Positions 37,659 through 47,509 of a stretch of DNA of 64,000 nucleotides are shown here, piece by piece. The stretch is from a virus (Duplodnaviria; Caudoviricetes). Position 1 is the first letter of the stretch; each line of letters begins with the position of its first letter. The DNA lies in IMG/VR virus record IMGVR_UViG_3300026270_000004, positions 37,471 to 101,470 of that record. The stretch is one strand, 5' to 3'. The notes beneath the pieces were generated by a model that ran no database searches, was not told the DNA's origin, and worked only from the letters and a program-made list of their open reading frames with translations. The position numbers and the translations under genes were made by a program.

Positions 37659-38388
37659 ACCACTTTCTATCAATAGGTTTTAGGTGTGGTAACATATGCT
37701 GCATAGGTATGCTAACAGACAACCTCTTACCATCTGGTTGTGCTTGATGGTAACAACGTGCAGGTATGTATAGCATATCACCAGGTTTTAACACATGATC
37801 TATTACACATTCCATATCAGTTTCAAACTCTGCACCATCTAATGTAGTAGCATCGAAATCAAAATCCTCTTTTAATTGTGGTTGTTTCTTTACTAGATTA
37901 CTACATCTATTATTATATACTTTCCAGTGTGTCTCTCCTTCTATCTGCATAATAAAATTATTTGCTGTGTCTTCATGTACTCTGAATGAATTACATTTCT
38001 TTAGACCAGCATAGATATGAAATGATGTCTTACCATCGAAGTATCTCTCAAACTCTCCTATTAATTCTTGCTTCTTACGAAATCCTTGATCAAAATTATT
38101 AATAATTAAATTATGTCCCTCCTCCCATGCTCTCATTAAATCTGATACCTCTGCACATGGTGATGACCAACAACGTTCATATTGTTTGATATCAAAGAAC
38201 TGTACAATATCCTTATTAATAAATGTAATAGAATAAAATTGTGGGTTGTTGAGACAGTATTCTATATCATCCCACGTGGCGAACAGAGGGAGCATATCTT
38301 TATCAACAATACCTTCCCATAGATGTGGTTTATCATCTATCACCCAGTTCTTACTTGAATATAATTTAGTCAGGAGCGAAGATATCAT
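37642..38388 (-). CDS. JmjC/cupin-4 family oxygenase
   Basis: SFRVHED..NFIMQIEGETHWKVY..LKPGDMLYIPARCYH motif. Confidence 0.88.
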   Translation of the reverse strand: MISSLLTKLYSSKNWVIDDKPHLWEGIVDKDMLPLFATWDDIEYCLNNPQFYSITFINKDIVQFFDIKQYERCWSSPCAEVSDLMRAWEEGHNLIINNFDQGFRKKQELIGEFERYFDGKTSFHIYAGLKKCNSFRVHEDTANNFIMQIEGETHWKVYNNRCSNLVKKQPQLKEDFDFDATTLDGAEFETDMECVIDHVLKPGDMLYIPARCYHQAQPDGKRLSVSIPMQHMLPHLKPIDRKWYELSH

Positions 38389-39025
38389 GGTCGCATTTGA
38401 AATTAATATTTAATGTTACACGGTACTTATGGTCACCGTATGGATTGCTTGATGAATGGAATTGATGTCCATCAAATACAAATAAACTATTTGCTTGAGG
38501 TGTTACCCTCTTCTGAATAGTATATTCTTGATTCCTTGCTCTCCACCACCTCTCATCCACAGTACCACTCTTAGGGTCATCATACTGATCAAAGAATGTA
38601 GTATCACCATTACTATCATGAAGATAGTATAGTGCTGCATAATGATCCTCTTCATGGTCTGTGTGTGGTGCATTATGATGTCCATTCTTACCTATATCTG
38701 TTATCAATGCTAATCTTAACCTAAAAAATTCTAGAGGACATCCTATAGTATCTTGTATAGCATCTGTTAGTGGTAAGAAATAGGGTAACCAAGGACTCTC
38801 TACCCCTCCCTGATCTAATAAAACATGCACGAACCCGATAGATGTCTCCTTATCAGGTATCTTAACCTCTAACTCTTCACCACCAAATTTCATATCAGTT
38901 GATGCATCATAAGATATATCCTTTGATAAAAAATACCAAGGGAATCCATTTTGACCACTAACTATTTTATTTAAGCGAGAGAGGTACGTTTGCCCTATTA
39001 TTCCTTTTTTGTGGATATACTGCAT
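38366..39025 (-). CDS. 2OG-Fe(II) oxygenase
   Basis: FPWY, PHTD, LYYLHDSNGDTTFF, FDGHQFHSS and RVTLNIN motifs; probable start MQYIHK. Confidence 0.88.
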   Translation of the reverse strand: MQYIHKKGIIGQTYLSRLNKIVSGQNGFPWYFLSKDISYDASTDMKFGGEELEVKIPDKETSIGFVHVLLDQGGVESPWLPYFLPLTDAIQDTIGCPLEFFRLRLALITDIGKNGHHNAPHTDHEEDHYAALYYLHDSNGDTTFFDQYDDPKSGTVDERWWRARNQEYTIQKRVTPQANSLFVFDGHQFHSSSNPYGDHKYRVTLNINFKCDHDIFAPD

Positions 39026-39653
39026 TGTCACGATAATAATCAGAGAATATGTGCATATTAAATGAGAGTGAGATCCTCTCTTTCTCAGTTGCACTCTTGT
39101 CTACACTGTGCATTAACCATGATGGAAATATTACCATAGTACCAGGTTTTGGTTGCACATACCATTGGTTAAAGTTATGTTGTTTCTCATGTCTGTCAAA
39201 ATTCTCATCACATCCCCAATATTCTTTGAGACATTGCTCATGCATTGGTCTGTGGAATTTTAACTCACCACTACAACAGTTTGGTACCTGTGCATAATAT
39301 ACACCAGCAAACATTGAACCTGCATGCGTGTGTATGTGATTACTATTACCCTCTGTATTAATATTACACCACATATTACATAGTTTGAGAGTATATCTAT
39401 TAAATCCATACTCATCACCAGCAGTATACATATTTGCTACTACATGGTTATGTAATTCTTTTAATGGTGTGTTATCAATATATGGTGGAATAAAATCATC
39501 AGATTGCCATCCTCCTTCATTAGATTTCTTCTTACCATCTGGATCCTGCTTCCTTACCTCATGTATGAAATCAACTATGACATCATTATCAATGGGGCAG
39601 TCTTCAAATATCCATATCGGTGTTGGAAATAATAATTCAGTCCTTAGATGCAT
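38967..39653 (-). CDS. 2OG-Fe(II) oxygenase (TIGR02466-like)
   Basis: LFPTPIW, SNEGGWQS, HTH, IFPSWLMHSV and RISLSFN motifs. Confidence 0.9.
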   Translation of the reverse strand: MHLRTELLFPTPIWIFEDCPIDNDVIVDFIHEVRKQDPDGKKKSNEGGWQSDDFIPPYIDNTPLKELHNHVVANMYTAGDEYGFNRYTLKLCNMWCNINTEGNSNHIHTHAGSMFAGVYYAQVPNCCSGELKFHRPMHEQCLKEYWGCDENFDRHEKQHNFNQWYVQPKPGTMVIFPSWLMHSVDKSATEKERISLSFNMHIFSDYYRDNAVYPQKRNNRANVPLSLK

Positions 39654-40017
39654 CCTCAACTACCTCTTCAACTTCCGTTTCATCATCAACATTGAATACA
39701 AAATCACGTGTGGTCACATTAGGATCAACGTGCTTCTTATATAATGCTAGTGCCTCCACCGCACCACTTAATTTATTAAGTGTATCTTTCTTAGTCTGTA
39801 AATCTTCTAGTGAGATCTTAGTGATCGTACTAGTGTAGTGCATGTTGTCAAGTGCTTCCTGTAGTTTATGATATTCTGCTTTAGTATCTTCATACTGTTG
39901 TAGAAAGTTCATAACCAAATCATCAAAGGAAATAAGACCTTCAATACTATCAGGTTCAACTTTGTCTGTTAAACCTGCTTCCTCGGCAAGATTAACTTCT
40001 CTTACGTCTTCTGGCAT
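39637..40017 (-). CDS. Hypothetical acidic coiled-coil protein
   Basis: LNKLSGAVEAL coiled-coil pattern. Confidence 0.7.
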   Translation of the reverse strand: MPEDVREVNLAEEAGLTDKVEPDSIEGLISFDDLVMNFLQQYEDTKAEYHKLQEALDNMHYTSTITKISLEDLQTKKDTLNKLSGAVEALALYKKHVDPNVTTRDFVFNVDDETEVEEVVEDASKD

Positions 40018-40901
40018 TACTCAAACCTCTCTTTGTTTTTATTTAGGGATAAAATTAACTTTTGTTTGTCGATGCGTCCTTTTAATGTAGTCATCTCAGG
40101 AAAACTCATGTACCTATGATAGTCCATGATCTCATTGTTTTTAAGATCCTCTTCATTAGCATCTTCTACTATAACATCAAACTCATCATTATTCAACCAT
40201 TGTCTTGGAATAGGAATCCATTGACATAATGGGGTACCTGCCTTAACAAGATACTCACCTTTCTCAACAGCATGCCAAAACAGTTGTAGGTTGACTTCAT
40301 ATGAATATGATGGATCCACTATACCTGTTGGTACACTGAATCTCTCTTCATCATGATATGGTACTGGTATTTGTATGAATACCACATCCTTATGTGCTTG
40401 CACTCTCCAAGGTAGTTCTAATTTAACTACCATTTCATTTGTTTCTTTCTGCTGATTAACTAAGTGTGACATACCCTCAGTCTGCTCAGGTGCATGTGCT
40501 TTAACAAATGATTTACCACCTGCATCAAATAATACCTGTGATATCCATGAGAAATTCTTTTTCTCACCATCTTGTGATATAACAAAATCAGCAGGACATT
40601 GTAGTACCCAACCACTCTCAAATAATTGATGCAATGCTGGACATGTTGCTGCATGTTGGAATAAACCATCATAGTCAGCATTACCAACACCATAATTAAG
40701 TAGATTAGTATGATGCTCAAATAGTTTCTTGACCTTCATTACTGGACAAGAACTATCCTTACCATAATATTTCTTTAGTGCATCCTTTACCCATTTTCTC
40801 TTTACCTTCTTAGCAGGTATCCAAGGTTGTAATGCAGATACACCCTTCTGTACTGAGTAGAACCTTACCCACTTCCTTTTCTTCTTAAACGGATTCCACA
40901 T
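40017..40901 (-). CDS. Hypothetical protein (possible dUTPase-like beta fold)
   Basis: TCPA..SGWVL.CPAD, KLELPW, PTGIVD and KAGTPLCQWIP pattern. Confidence 0.7.
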   Translation of the reverse strand: MWNPFKKKRKWVRFYSVQKGVSALQPWIPAKKVKRKWVKDALKKYYGKDSSCPVMKVKKLFEHHTNLLNYGVGNADYDGLFQHAATCPALHQLFESGWVLQCPADFVISQDGEKKNFSWISQVLFDAGGKSFVKAHAPEQTEGMSHLVNQQKETNEMVVKLELPWRVQAHKDVVFIQIPVPYHDEERFSVPTGIVDPSYSYEVNLQLFWHAVEKGEYLVKAGTPLCQWIPIPRQWLNNDEFDVIVEDANEEDLKNNEIMDYHRYMSFPEMTTLKGRIDKQKLILSLNKNKERFE

Positions 40902-42465
40902 AGATATTATCCTTCAAATATTGATAGTGTGATGGTAACGTATCGACCCATTCTAACATATCTTTCTTGCTATTGCAATAATCAATATCATATTGTACGA
41001 CATCATTCCATCGTTGTTCATCTGCTAGGTCATTAAATATAGTCTCAGTAAATGGTCTAATCCCCATGCCAGTAGAAATATAGATTGTCCCTTCACCTAT
41101 CATATTAGGATCAAATGCTTTCTTATCGATATACTCAATAAATGCTCTGTAGTCCTGCAATGCATGTAGTGATGCTTCAGTAGAATCACCTGGTTTACCT
41201 AGAAACTCTACTGTATTAGTAGCATCCTTCCAATACTTAGTATCTTCTCTGAGACTGAGAGTATAATGTAGAGTCACGAAATTCTTCATGCTCTCAATTA
41301 ATTTCTCTGCACTATAATTATATATTGACCTGTCATGATGTGTCACGTGTCTGTCACGAGTAGCAAGCACATCACTAAACGTTAATAGATTCTCATGTGT
41401 AGTTAATAGTCCTGTTGATTCTAATGGTTCTAAGAATCCATATGCTAGTCCAATACCTATAACATTCTTGACCCATGCCTTCTCATGTTTACCATGCTTA
41501 ATTTTTATGGGCATTAATGGGCATTCTTGGTCATCTAGATACTCTCTAAATTCTATTTCTGCTTCTTCATCAGAGATATATTTACTGGAGTAAACATATC
41601 CTGTACCTATATTATTCCACATAGGAATATTATATACCCAACCATTACCAAGTGCAGTGCATTTGGTATAACAATACATCTGTGTTTCTTTATCAGTATA
41701 CTCAACATGTGTTGCTAATGCTCTATCATTAAACAACATATTATTAAATGGTACAAACTTAACACCCATGTGCTGCTCTAATAACAGTGATCTAAATCCT
41801 GTGCAGTCAATAAACAAATCAGCACTAATTGCTTGACCATCCTCTGTAGTAACAGCAGATATATCACCATTAATAGTTTTAATTACATTGTTTACATCAC
41901 CATAGACATGATGTACGCCATTAGGTACAGCAATATTATCTCTTAGATACTCACCAAACTTATCAGCATTCAAATGATATGATAGATCATCATCTGGTAG
42001 ATACTGATTGCAGTTAGGTATCTCCATTGTCATCTTACCTGCATCAGCAACATAAGTTAGTTTGTTTACAAATCTAGCAAACTCTTCTGGTGGATACTTC
42101 TCTTTACCATATACACACTGTAACTCAAAGAATTTTTGTATGTGTGTAGCAATATGTTCTGATGGTGGTCCAAATGCACCAAATGGATATTGAAACTGCT
42201 CTCCTTTTCCTTCTCTAAAATTTTCAAATGCAATGGATGCTTTGTATGTAGCATTACATTGTTTCATCCAATCTTCATCCTTAAGTCCTAACCTCTTAAG
42301 ATACCTATTAAACCATGCCAGTGTTGACTCACCCACACCAATAGGTTTGACGTTAGGTGATTCAATTAGACACATTTCAATATTTGGATGCTCCTTAGAT
42401 AACAATGCTGCTGTCATCCATCCACTGCTACCACCACCTACAATACAAATAGATTCAACTTGCAT
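40885..42465 (-). CDS. Flavin-dependent tryptophan halogenase family protein
   Basis: IVGGGSSGWMTA, GVGEST, CNATYK, FIDCTGF, GWVYNIP and FLEPLESTG motifs. Confidence 0.92.
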   Translation of the reverse strand: MQVESICIVGGGSSGWMTAALLSKEHPNIEMCLIESPNVKPIGVGESTLAWFNRYLKRLGLKDEDWMKQCNATYKASIAFENFREGKGEQFQYPFGAFGPPSEHIATHIQKFFELQCVYGKEKYPPEEFARFVNKLTYVADAGKMTMEIPNCNQYLPDDDLSYHLNADKFGEYLRDNIAVPNGVHHVYGDVNNVIKTINGDISAVTTEDGQAISADLFIDCTGFRSLLLEQHMGVKFVPFNNMLFNDRALATHVEYTDKETQMYCYTKCTALGNGWVYNIPMWNNIGTGYVYSSKYISDEEAEIEFREYLDDQECPLMPIKIKHGKHEKAWVKNVIGIGLAYGFLEPLESTGLLTTHENLLTFSDVLATRDRHVTHHDRSIYNYSAEKLIESMKNFVTLHYTLSLREDTKYWKDATNTVEFLGKPGDSTEASLHALQDYRAFIEYIDKKAFDPNMIGEGTIYISTGMGIRPFTETIFNDLADEQRWNDVVQYDIDYCNSKKDMLEWVDTLPSHYQYLKDNIYVESV

Positions 42466-43912
42466 AGATCGTATCCTTATAATAATCGTATGGACATTGT
42501 AGTTTATCTATACCTTTCCACGGATCTCTCACGTGCTCAGGTACTCCACCACCTTGATAGTAATTTAATTCTTTATAGAGTAGATCACTAAATGGATTCC
42601 ACCCATGACCTGCCTGCACATAGAATGATCCTTCACCTGCTAGGTCTCCCCAACTATATGCATCACCAAATACACTTGATGGTAGTCCTAAATTCCTCTG
42701 GAATTTAAACATAGAGAACTCATCAGGATAATGCTTATCACATATATGCTGCCAGTATGGTGTGTCATTACGCTGTGTCAATGCAAAATGCAATGCTACA
42801 AAATGAGCAAACTCATCAAAACTACCATTACAATTATTATTAAATGTATCTCTCATCACCTGTGTAATAGTATCTCTACCATCCATAACACGCAAGAACA
42901 TCAGTAAGAAATTATGAATGGATAGAATACCATTAGACTCTAGTGGTTCAATAAAACCAGCAGATAATCCTATTGATATTACATTACCATTCCACATAGT
43001 TTCTCTTCTACCTGATGTCCACTTAATAACACGGAACATCTTGTCAGAATATCCTCCCACATCTGACTCTACATTCTCTGCTAGGTAATCTCTAAACTCA
43101 TCTATTGCTTCCTGATCTGAGCAGAACTTATCACAATATACATATCCACTACCTATCCTAGTCCATGTTGGTACATTCCAACACCAACCATTATCGAGAG
43201 CAACACAATCTGTGACTGGTTTCATTTGCTCTTCTTTATTATTATAGGCAAACCTGGTCACAACTGCACTATTATTTGGCAGTATGTCACTCATATCATG
43301 CCAAGGTGAATCATTTAATAGTGATTTGAATCCTGTGCAATCAAAATATAGATCTGCTTTAGGTAATCTCTTAGGATCTATCTTCCTTACTATACGTTTA
43401 ACACCACGTGGTAATGCATAGTTATCTCTTAACCACTCACCAAACTTAACTGCATCGAAATGGAATCCACTATATTTGTGAAGATCCCAGTAATCATTTG
43501 TTAGTGGTAGTTTATTCTGTGTGCAACATGCTGCTGCATAACTATAGTCTTCAGCAAACTTAGAATTATTCCATCCATACTTCTTCTGATAATACCACCA
43601 CTGTGCAGGTTCAAATAAATCACCCCTTGGAGGACCAAATGGGTACTGCCAAGGAGTGTCTCCTTTCTTATGAAAGTTATGAAATCTTACACTTGCTTTA
43701 TATGTTGCATCACATGCCTCCATCCATTCCTCATCCTTCAGATCGAGGAAGTGACACCATAATCTAAAAAATTGTGTGGTTGACTCACCAACACCTACTG
43801 AGGGAGTTTTATCATCTTCGTACAAAACAATATCCCAGTCGGGATATGCCTTGACAAGCGTAGATGCTGTCATCCAACCAGCGGTACCACCGCCAACAAT
43901 AACAATTTTCAT
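42455..43912 (-). CDS. Flavin-dependent tryptophan halogenase family protein
   Basis: IVGGGTAGWMTA, GVGEST, CDATYK, GWCWNVP and FIEPLESNG motifs. Confidence 0.92.
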   Translation of the reverse strand: MKIVIVGGGTAGWMTASTLVKAYPDWDIVLYEDDKTPSVGVGESTTQFFRLWCHFLDLKDEEWMEACDATYKASVRFHNFHKKGDTPWQYPFGPPRGDLFEPAQWWYYQKKYGWNNSKFAEDYSYAAACCTQNKLPLTNDYWDLHKYSGFHFDAVKFGEWLRDNYALPRGVKRIVRKIDPKRLPKADLYFDCTGFKSLLNDSPWHDMSDILPNNSAVVTRFAYNNKEEQMKPVTDCVALDNGWCWNVPTWTRIGSGYVYCDKFCSDQEAIDEFRDYLAENVESDVGGYSDKMFRVIKWTSGRRETMWNGNVISIGLSAGFIEPLESNGILSIHNFLLMFLRVMDGRDTITQVMRDTFNNNCNGSFDEFAHFVALHFALTQRNDTPYWQHICDKHYPDEFSMFKFQRNLGLPSSVFGDAYSWGDLAGEGSFYVQAGHGWNPFSDLLYKELNYYQGGGVPEHVRDPWKGIDKLQCPYDYYKDTIYAS

Positions 43913-43936
43913 AACGAATCTGTTCTGTCTTTTATT

Positions 43937-44365
43937 CTAACCTGGAGGAACCCAGTTGTCAACCCAAGGATCCCACGGATCTCTTCCAACTAATTGAATC
44001 TTCTTAGGATCTTGTACAAATTCAGGTATAGTTGATGGTTTAGTAACAGTTGCCTTTACATTAGCAACATGATCTTTCCACCTAGTACCGCCATCTAATG
44101 CGTCTTTGTACTGCATGTCCAACTGCTCACCCACATCACCATACGCAATGATGCGATCAACAACTGCCTCTTCTCTAAGGTCTTCGTTGTCATGGTGATC
44201 AACCAACACTCCATTGATCATTTGATGATCAAATGTAGCATCATCGGGCACCTCACACCATTTCATGTTGGAATCAGCACCTTCATAAATTTCAAATTTG
44301 TCTGCTTCATCGACGATATCAGATAATGCACCTGTATCTCTTTGAACGATTGCCCATTTAGCCAT
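43937..44365 (-). CDS. Putative tail fibre assembly/accessory protein
   Basis: R..AY..VGEQLDM.Y.D..W..HV..VK motif, downstream of fibre-like genes; late promoter upstream. Confidence 0.6.
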   Translation of the reverse strand: MAKWAIVQRDTGALSDIVDEADKFEIYEGADSNMKWCEVPDDATFDHQMINGVLVDHHDNEDLREEAVVDRIIAYGDVGEQLDMQYKDALDGGTRWKDHVANVKATVTKPSTIPEFVQDPKKIQLVGRDPWDPWVDNWVPPG

Positions 44366-44389
44366 GATAGATTAAATCTCCTTCAGTTT

Positions 44390-44396
44390 TATTTAT
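44390..44396 (-). promoter_or_regulatory. Late promoter ATAAATA
   Basis: tatttat on plus, 25 nt upstream of 44365. Confidence 0.6.
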
Positions 44397-45220
44397 TAAC
44401 CGTAGTATTCGTAAACTACAACCACACCTTCTCGACCTCTGGCACCTCTAGTACCCTCACGAGCACCGTTACCGCCAGCACCCCAAGCACAGTGTGATTG
44501 ATGCCTGTGGGAATAATCTTGCTGTTGATGACTAGCAGGTTGTGATCCACCCATATAGGATGCACCAGCAGCATAGTTACCATATTTAGACCAGTTACCG
44601 TAACCATTACCACCGCCACCATAGGCGTTCATGTTACCACCTGATCCATTACCTCCATACCCACCAGCATGTTGCTGTGAGCAGTTGGCACCGATACCTG
44701 CTGAAGCACTACAGTATCCTCCAAAGGAAGATCCGTTACCATTACCACCGCAACCAGCGTAACTAGTACCACCACCTGGGTTTCCAACTGAAACACCTAC
44801 AGATGATACGTTACTTACATCAATAACTCTTTCAGAGAATCCACCAGCACCACCAGATTCACATTTTCCTGATCCTCCACCACCTGCTCCAACTACTTGG
44901 ACTCTAATACTCTTTACATCACTTGGTCTATACCATGTACCATTTGATGTCCATACTTGCATGGATCTAAATCCAGCACCACCACTACCTCCACCTGATA
45001 TCTCTGATGACCAGACTAGGTTTGTACCATTGGTGCTCAGGAATTGTCCTGACTGACCTGAAAAACTAGGTATGTTGTAGTTAGAACTACCAGTAATGGT
45101 ACCATTAATGTTTATATTCTGAACCCTAAGTGTCCCATTGCAGGTGATAGAACCACTCGAAAGAGTGAAACCACCGAGACCAGCGAGGTCAGTAACGCCT
45201 GTAACTTTAAGAACACTCAT
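44396..45220 (-). CDS. Glycine-rich fibre/adhesin-like protein, paralog 3
   Basis: RSMQVWT.NGTWYRP, VVGAGGGGSG and G.RGREGVVVV motifs. Confidence 0.8.
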   Translation of the reverse strand: MSVLKVTGVTDLAGLGGFTLSSGSITCNGTLRVQNININGTITGSSNYNIPSFSGQSGQFLSTNGTNLVWSSEISGGGSGGAGFRSMQVWTSNGTWYRPSDVKSIRVQVVGAGGGGSGKCESGGAGGFSERVIDVSNVSSVGVSVGNPGGGTSYAGCGGNGNGSSFGGYCSASAGIGANCSQQHAGGYGGNGSGGNMNAYGGGGNGYGNWSKYGNYAAGASYMGGSQPASHQQQDYSHRHQSHCAWGAGGNGAREGTRGARGREGVVVVYEYYG

Positions 45221-46026
45221 CCGTAAAACTCCTGAACGATAACGATACCTTCTCTTCCTCTAGCACCTCGGTTACCATGCTGTGCACCGTTACCACCAGC
45301 ACCCCAGGCACAGTGTGACTGGTGTCTGTGAGAATAGTTACCTTGTTGGTGAGAAGAAGGTTGTGTGCCTCCTATGTATGACATACCAGCAGTGACGCAA
45401 CCGAATGACCAGTGAGATCCATGTCCGTTACCTCCACCACCATAAACATTCAGGTTACCACCTGAACCATTTCCACCAATTCCTCCAGCATGCTGTTGTC
45501 TACAGTTTGCACCGTATCCTCCACTAGCAGAGCAATAACCACCGAATGAGGAAGTATTTCCATTTCCTCCACATCCTGAATAGTTAGTACCACCACCTGG
45601 GTTACCTACACTAACTGAAATAGAACTGGTATTCTCTACATTTATAACTCTTTCTGCCATTCCACCAGCACCACCAGATTCTGTATAACCTGATCCACCT
45701 CCACCAGCACCAACCACCGTAACGATGATAGTACCTACATCATCGGGTCTATACCATGTACCATTACCAGTCCATACTTGCATGGATCTGATACCAGTAC
45801 CAGCACTGACTCCTGACCAAACATACTCAGAACCAGTGGATCTCAATGCTTTTCCTTCGTTACCACCCATAGGAGGTACAACGAATGTTGATCCACCTCG
45901 AATGTCACCATTTATAACGACATTAGAGCATGTCAAAGTTGTACTGGCAGTTATACCACCACCAGCAAGCATGAATCCCTGTGCTCCAGTTAAGTCTTTT
46001 AATGCTGATACTTTTAGTTTTGACAT
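45217..46026 (-). CDS. Glycine-rich fibre/adhesin-like protein, paralog 2
   Basis: Same C-terminal domain as its neighbours. Confidence 0.8.
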   Translation of the reverse strand: MSKLKVSALKDLTGAQGFMLAGGGITASTTLTCSNVVINGDIRGGSTFVVPPMGGNEGKALRSTGSEYVWSGVSAGTGIRSMQVWTGNGTWYRPDDVGTIIVTVVGAGGGGSGYTESGGAGGMAERVINVENTSSISVSVGNPGGGTNYSGCGGNGNTSSFGGYCSASGGYGANCRQQHAGGIGGNGSGGNLNVYGGGGNGHGSHWSFGCVTAGMSYIGGTQPSSHQQGNYSHRHQSHCAWGAGGNGAQHGNRGARGREGIVIVQEFYG

Positions 46027-46836
46027 TTATCCGTAGAACTCATGAACGACTACGACACCTTCACGACCTCTTGCACCACGTCCACCTTCTCTACATCCAT
46101 TACCACCTGATCCCCAGGCAGCATGTGATTGGTGTCTATGAGCATAGTTCTGCTGTTGATGAGATGCAGGTTGTCCTCCACCCCAGTATGATTTACCACA
46201 TGTATGGTTACCATAAGTGTAGTGAGATCCGTGTCCTGATCCACCACCACCGTATATATTTAGTGACCCACCTGATCCATTACCACCGTATCCACCAGCA
46301 TGTTGCTGAGAACAGTTAGCACCAATTCCTGCGGATCCACTACAGTATCCACCGAATGAACTACCGTTACCGTTTCCTCCACATCCTGAATAGTTAGTAC
46401 CACCACCTGGATTTCCAACTGTTACTGATACAGATGATACGTTAGTAACATCAATCTGTCTTTGTGCTGTACCTCCAGCACCACCTGATTCCATGAATCC
46501 TGATCCACCGCCACCAGCACCAGTTACTGTAACCATAATGGTTTTAACGTCAGATGGTCTATACCATGTTCCGTTACCAGTCCAGACCTGCATAGATCTG
46601 ATGCCCGAAGCAGTTGACAAAGTACCCCAAGTGAGTGCTGACCCATTGGTTGATATGTATTCATCAGCGTGACCTGATGGGTTTGGAAGAATATAAGCAG
46701 ACGATCCTGCTAATGTACCACTGATCTCAATATCTTGCACATTAAGAGTACCATTGGCAGTGATACCCCCACTCGTGAAAGTAAAACCTCCAATACCACC
46801 TACGTCTTTTATAGCTCCCAGGTTTAACTGTGCCAT
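46027..46836 (-). CDS. Glycine-rich fibre/adhesin-like protein, paralog 1
   Basis: Same C-terminal domain; late promoter upstream. Confidence 0.8.
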   Translation of the reverse strand: MAQLNLGAIKDVGGIGGFTFTSGGITANGTLNVQDIEISGTLAGSSAYILPNPSGHADEYISTNGSALTWGTLSTASGIRSMQVWTGNGTWYRPSDVKTIMVTVTGAGGGGSGFMESGGAGGTAQRQIDVTNVSSVSVTVGNPGGGTNYSGCGGNGNGSSFGGYCSGSAGIGANCSQQHAGGYGGNGSGGSLNIYGGGGSGHGSHYTYGNHTCGKSYWGGGQPASHQQQNYAHRHQSHAAWGSGGNGCREGGRGARGREGVVVVHEFYG

Positions 46837-46861
46837 ACTAAACTAACTACCTGTATGTTTC

Positions 46862-46868
46862 TATTTAT
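46862..46868 (-). promoter_or_regulatory. Late promoter ATAAATA
   Basis: tatttat on plus, 26 nt upstream of 46836. Confidence 0.65.
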
Positions 46869-46874
46869 CATTAT

Positions 46875-47495
46875 TTATACCAGATATCTCCCACCATGTC
46901 CTTGATTCTGGGCAAAAGGGTCATGCTCACTTATATCTAAGCAATTACTCTTACCATCGAAATCAGCAGACAAGTTGAATGCTATTGATATTCGGTCATC
47001 ATCACTCTCATTAACTGTTACATCATGCTCTAACCAACATGGAAAATATATTAATGTACCTGCCTGTGGTTCAACCGCCTGGTAACCTATACCATCGCCA
47101 AAATATTCATAATCTCGTTGCACATGGACTAAAGGACCACGAGGATCCCAAAATCTTATTGCTCCTGAGTATTTAGGCACCTTCACATAGTATACTCCTG
47201 ACAGTAATATATTAGTATCAGCATGCAGATGTCTACTGTTACTAGCACCTGTAGGATTTATATTACACCAAGAATATATCATAATATTCTTTAGTGGTTT
47301 ATCCTCCCTCACTGGGCAATTTGCAGCAACAAGGTCGATCCAATCTTTATTATAAAACAAATCACCCTGATAACCTCCATTGCTAGAGTAAGGGTGATTG
47401 GGTTCAGTCTTCTGGAAATTATATATTTCCTCTTCTAACTTAGCATTGTCAAATTCAACGTGTTTAACCCACAGTGGGGTATTAAATATATTCAT
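46875..47495 (-). CDS. 2OG-Fe(II) oxygenase (TIGR02466-like)
   Basis: SWCNIN, HLH, LSGVYYV, FPCWLEHDV and RISIAFN motifs. Confidence 0.9.
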   Translation of the reverse strand: MNIFNTPLWVKHVEFDNAKLEEEIYNFQKTEPNHPYSSNGGYQGDLFYNKDWIDLVAANCPVREDKPLKNIMIYSWCNINPTGASNSRHLHADTNILLSGVYYVKVPKYSGAIRFWDPRGPLVHVQRDYEYFGDGIGYQAVEPQAGTLIYFPCWLEHDVTVNESDDDRISIAFNLSADFDGKSNCLDISEHDPFAQNQGHGGRYLV

Positions 47496-47509
47496 AATAA
47501 AAATGTCAA

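Noticed and set aside
44396-46836. Diversity-generating retroelement or invertible shufflon
   Set aside because: No reverse transcriptase or recombinase in the window; all three copies are intact and co-oriented, and I saw no adenine-specific template/variable pair.
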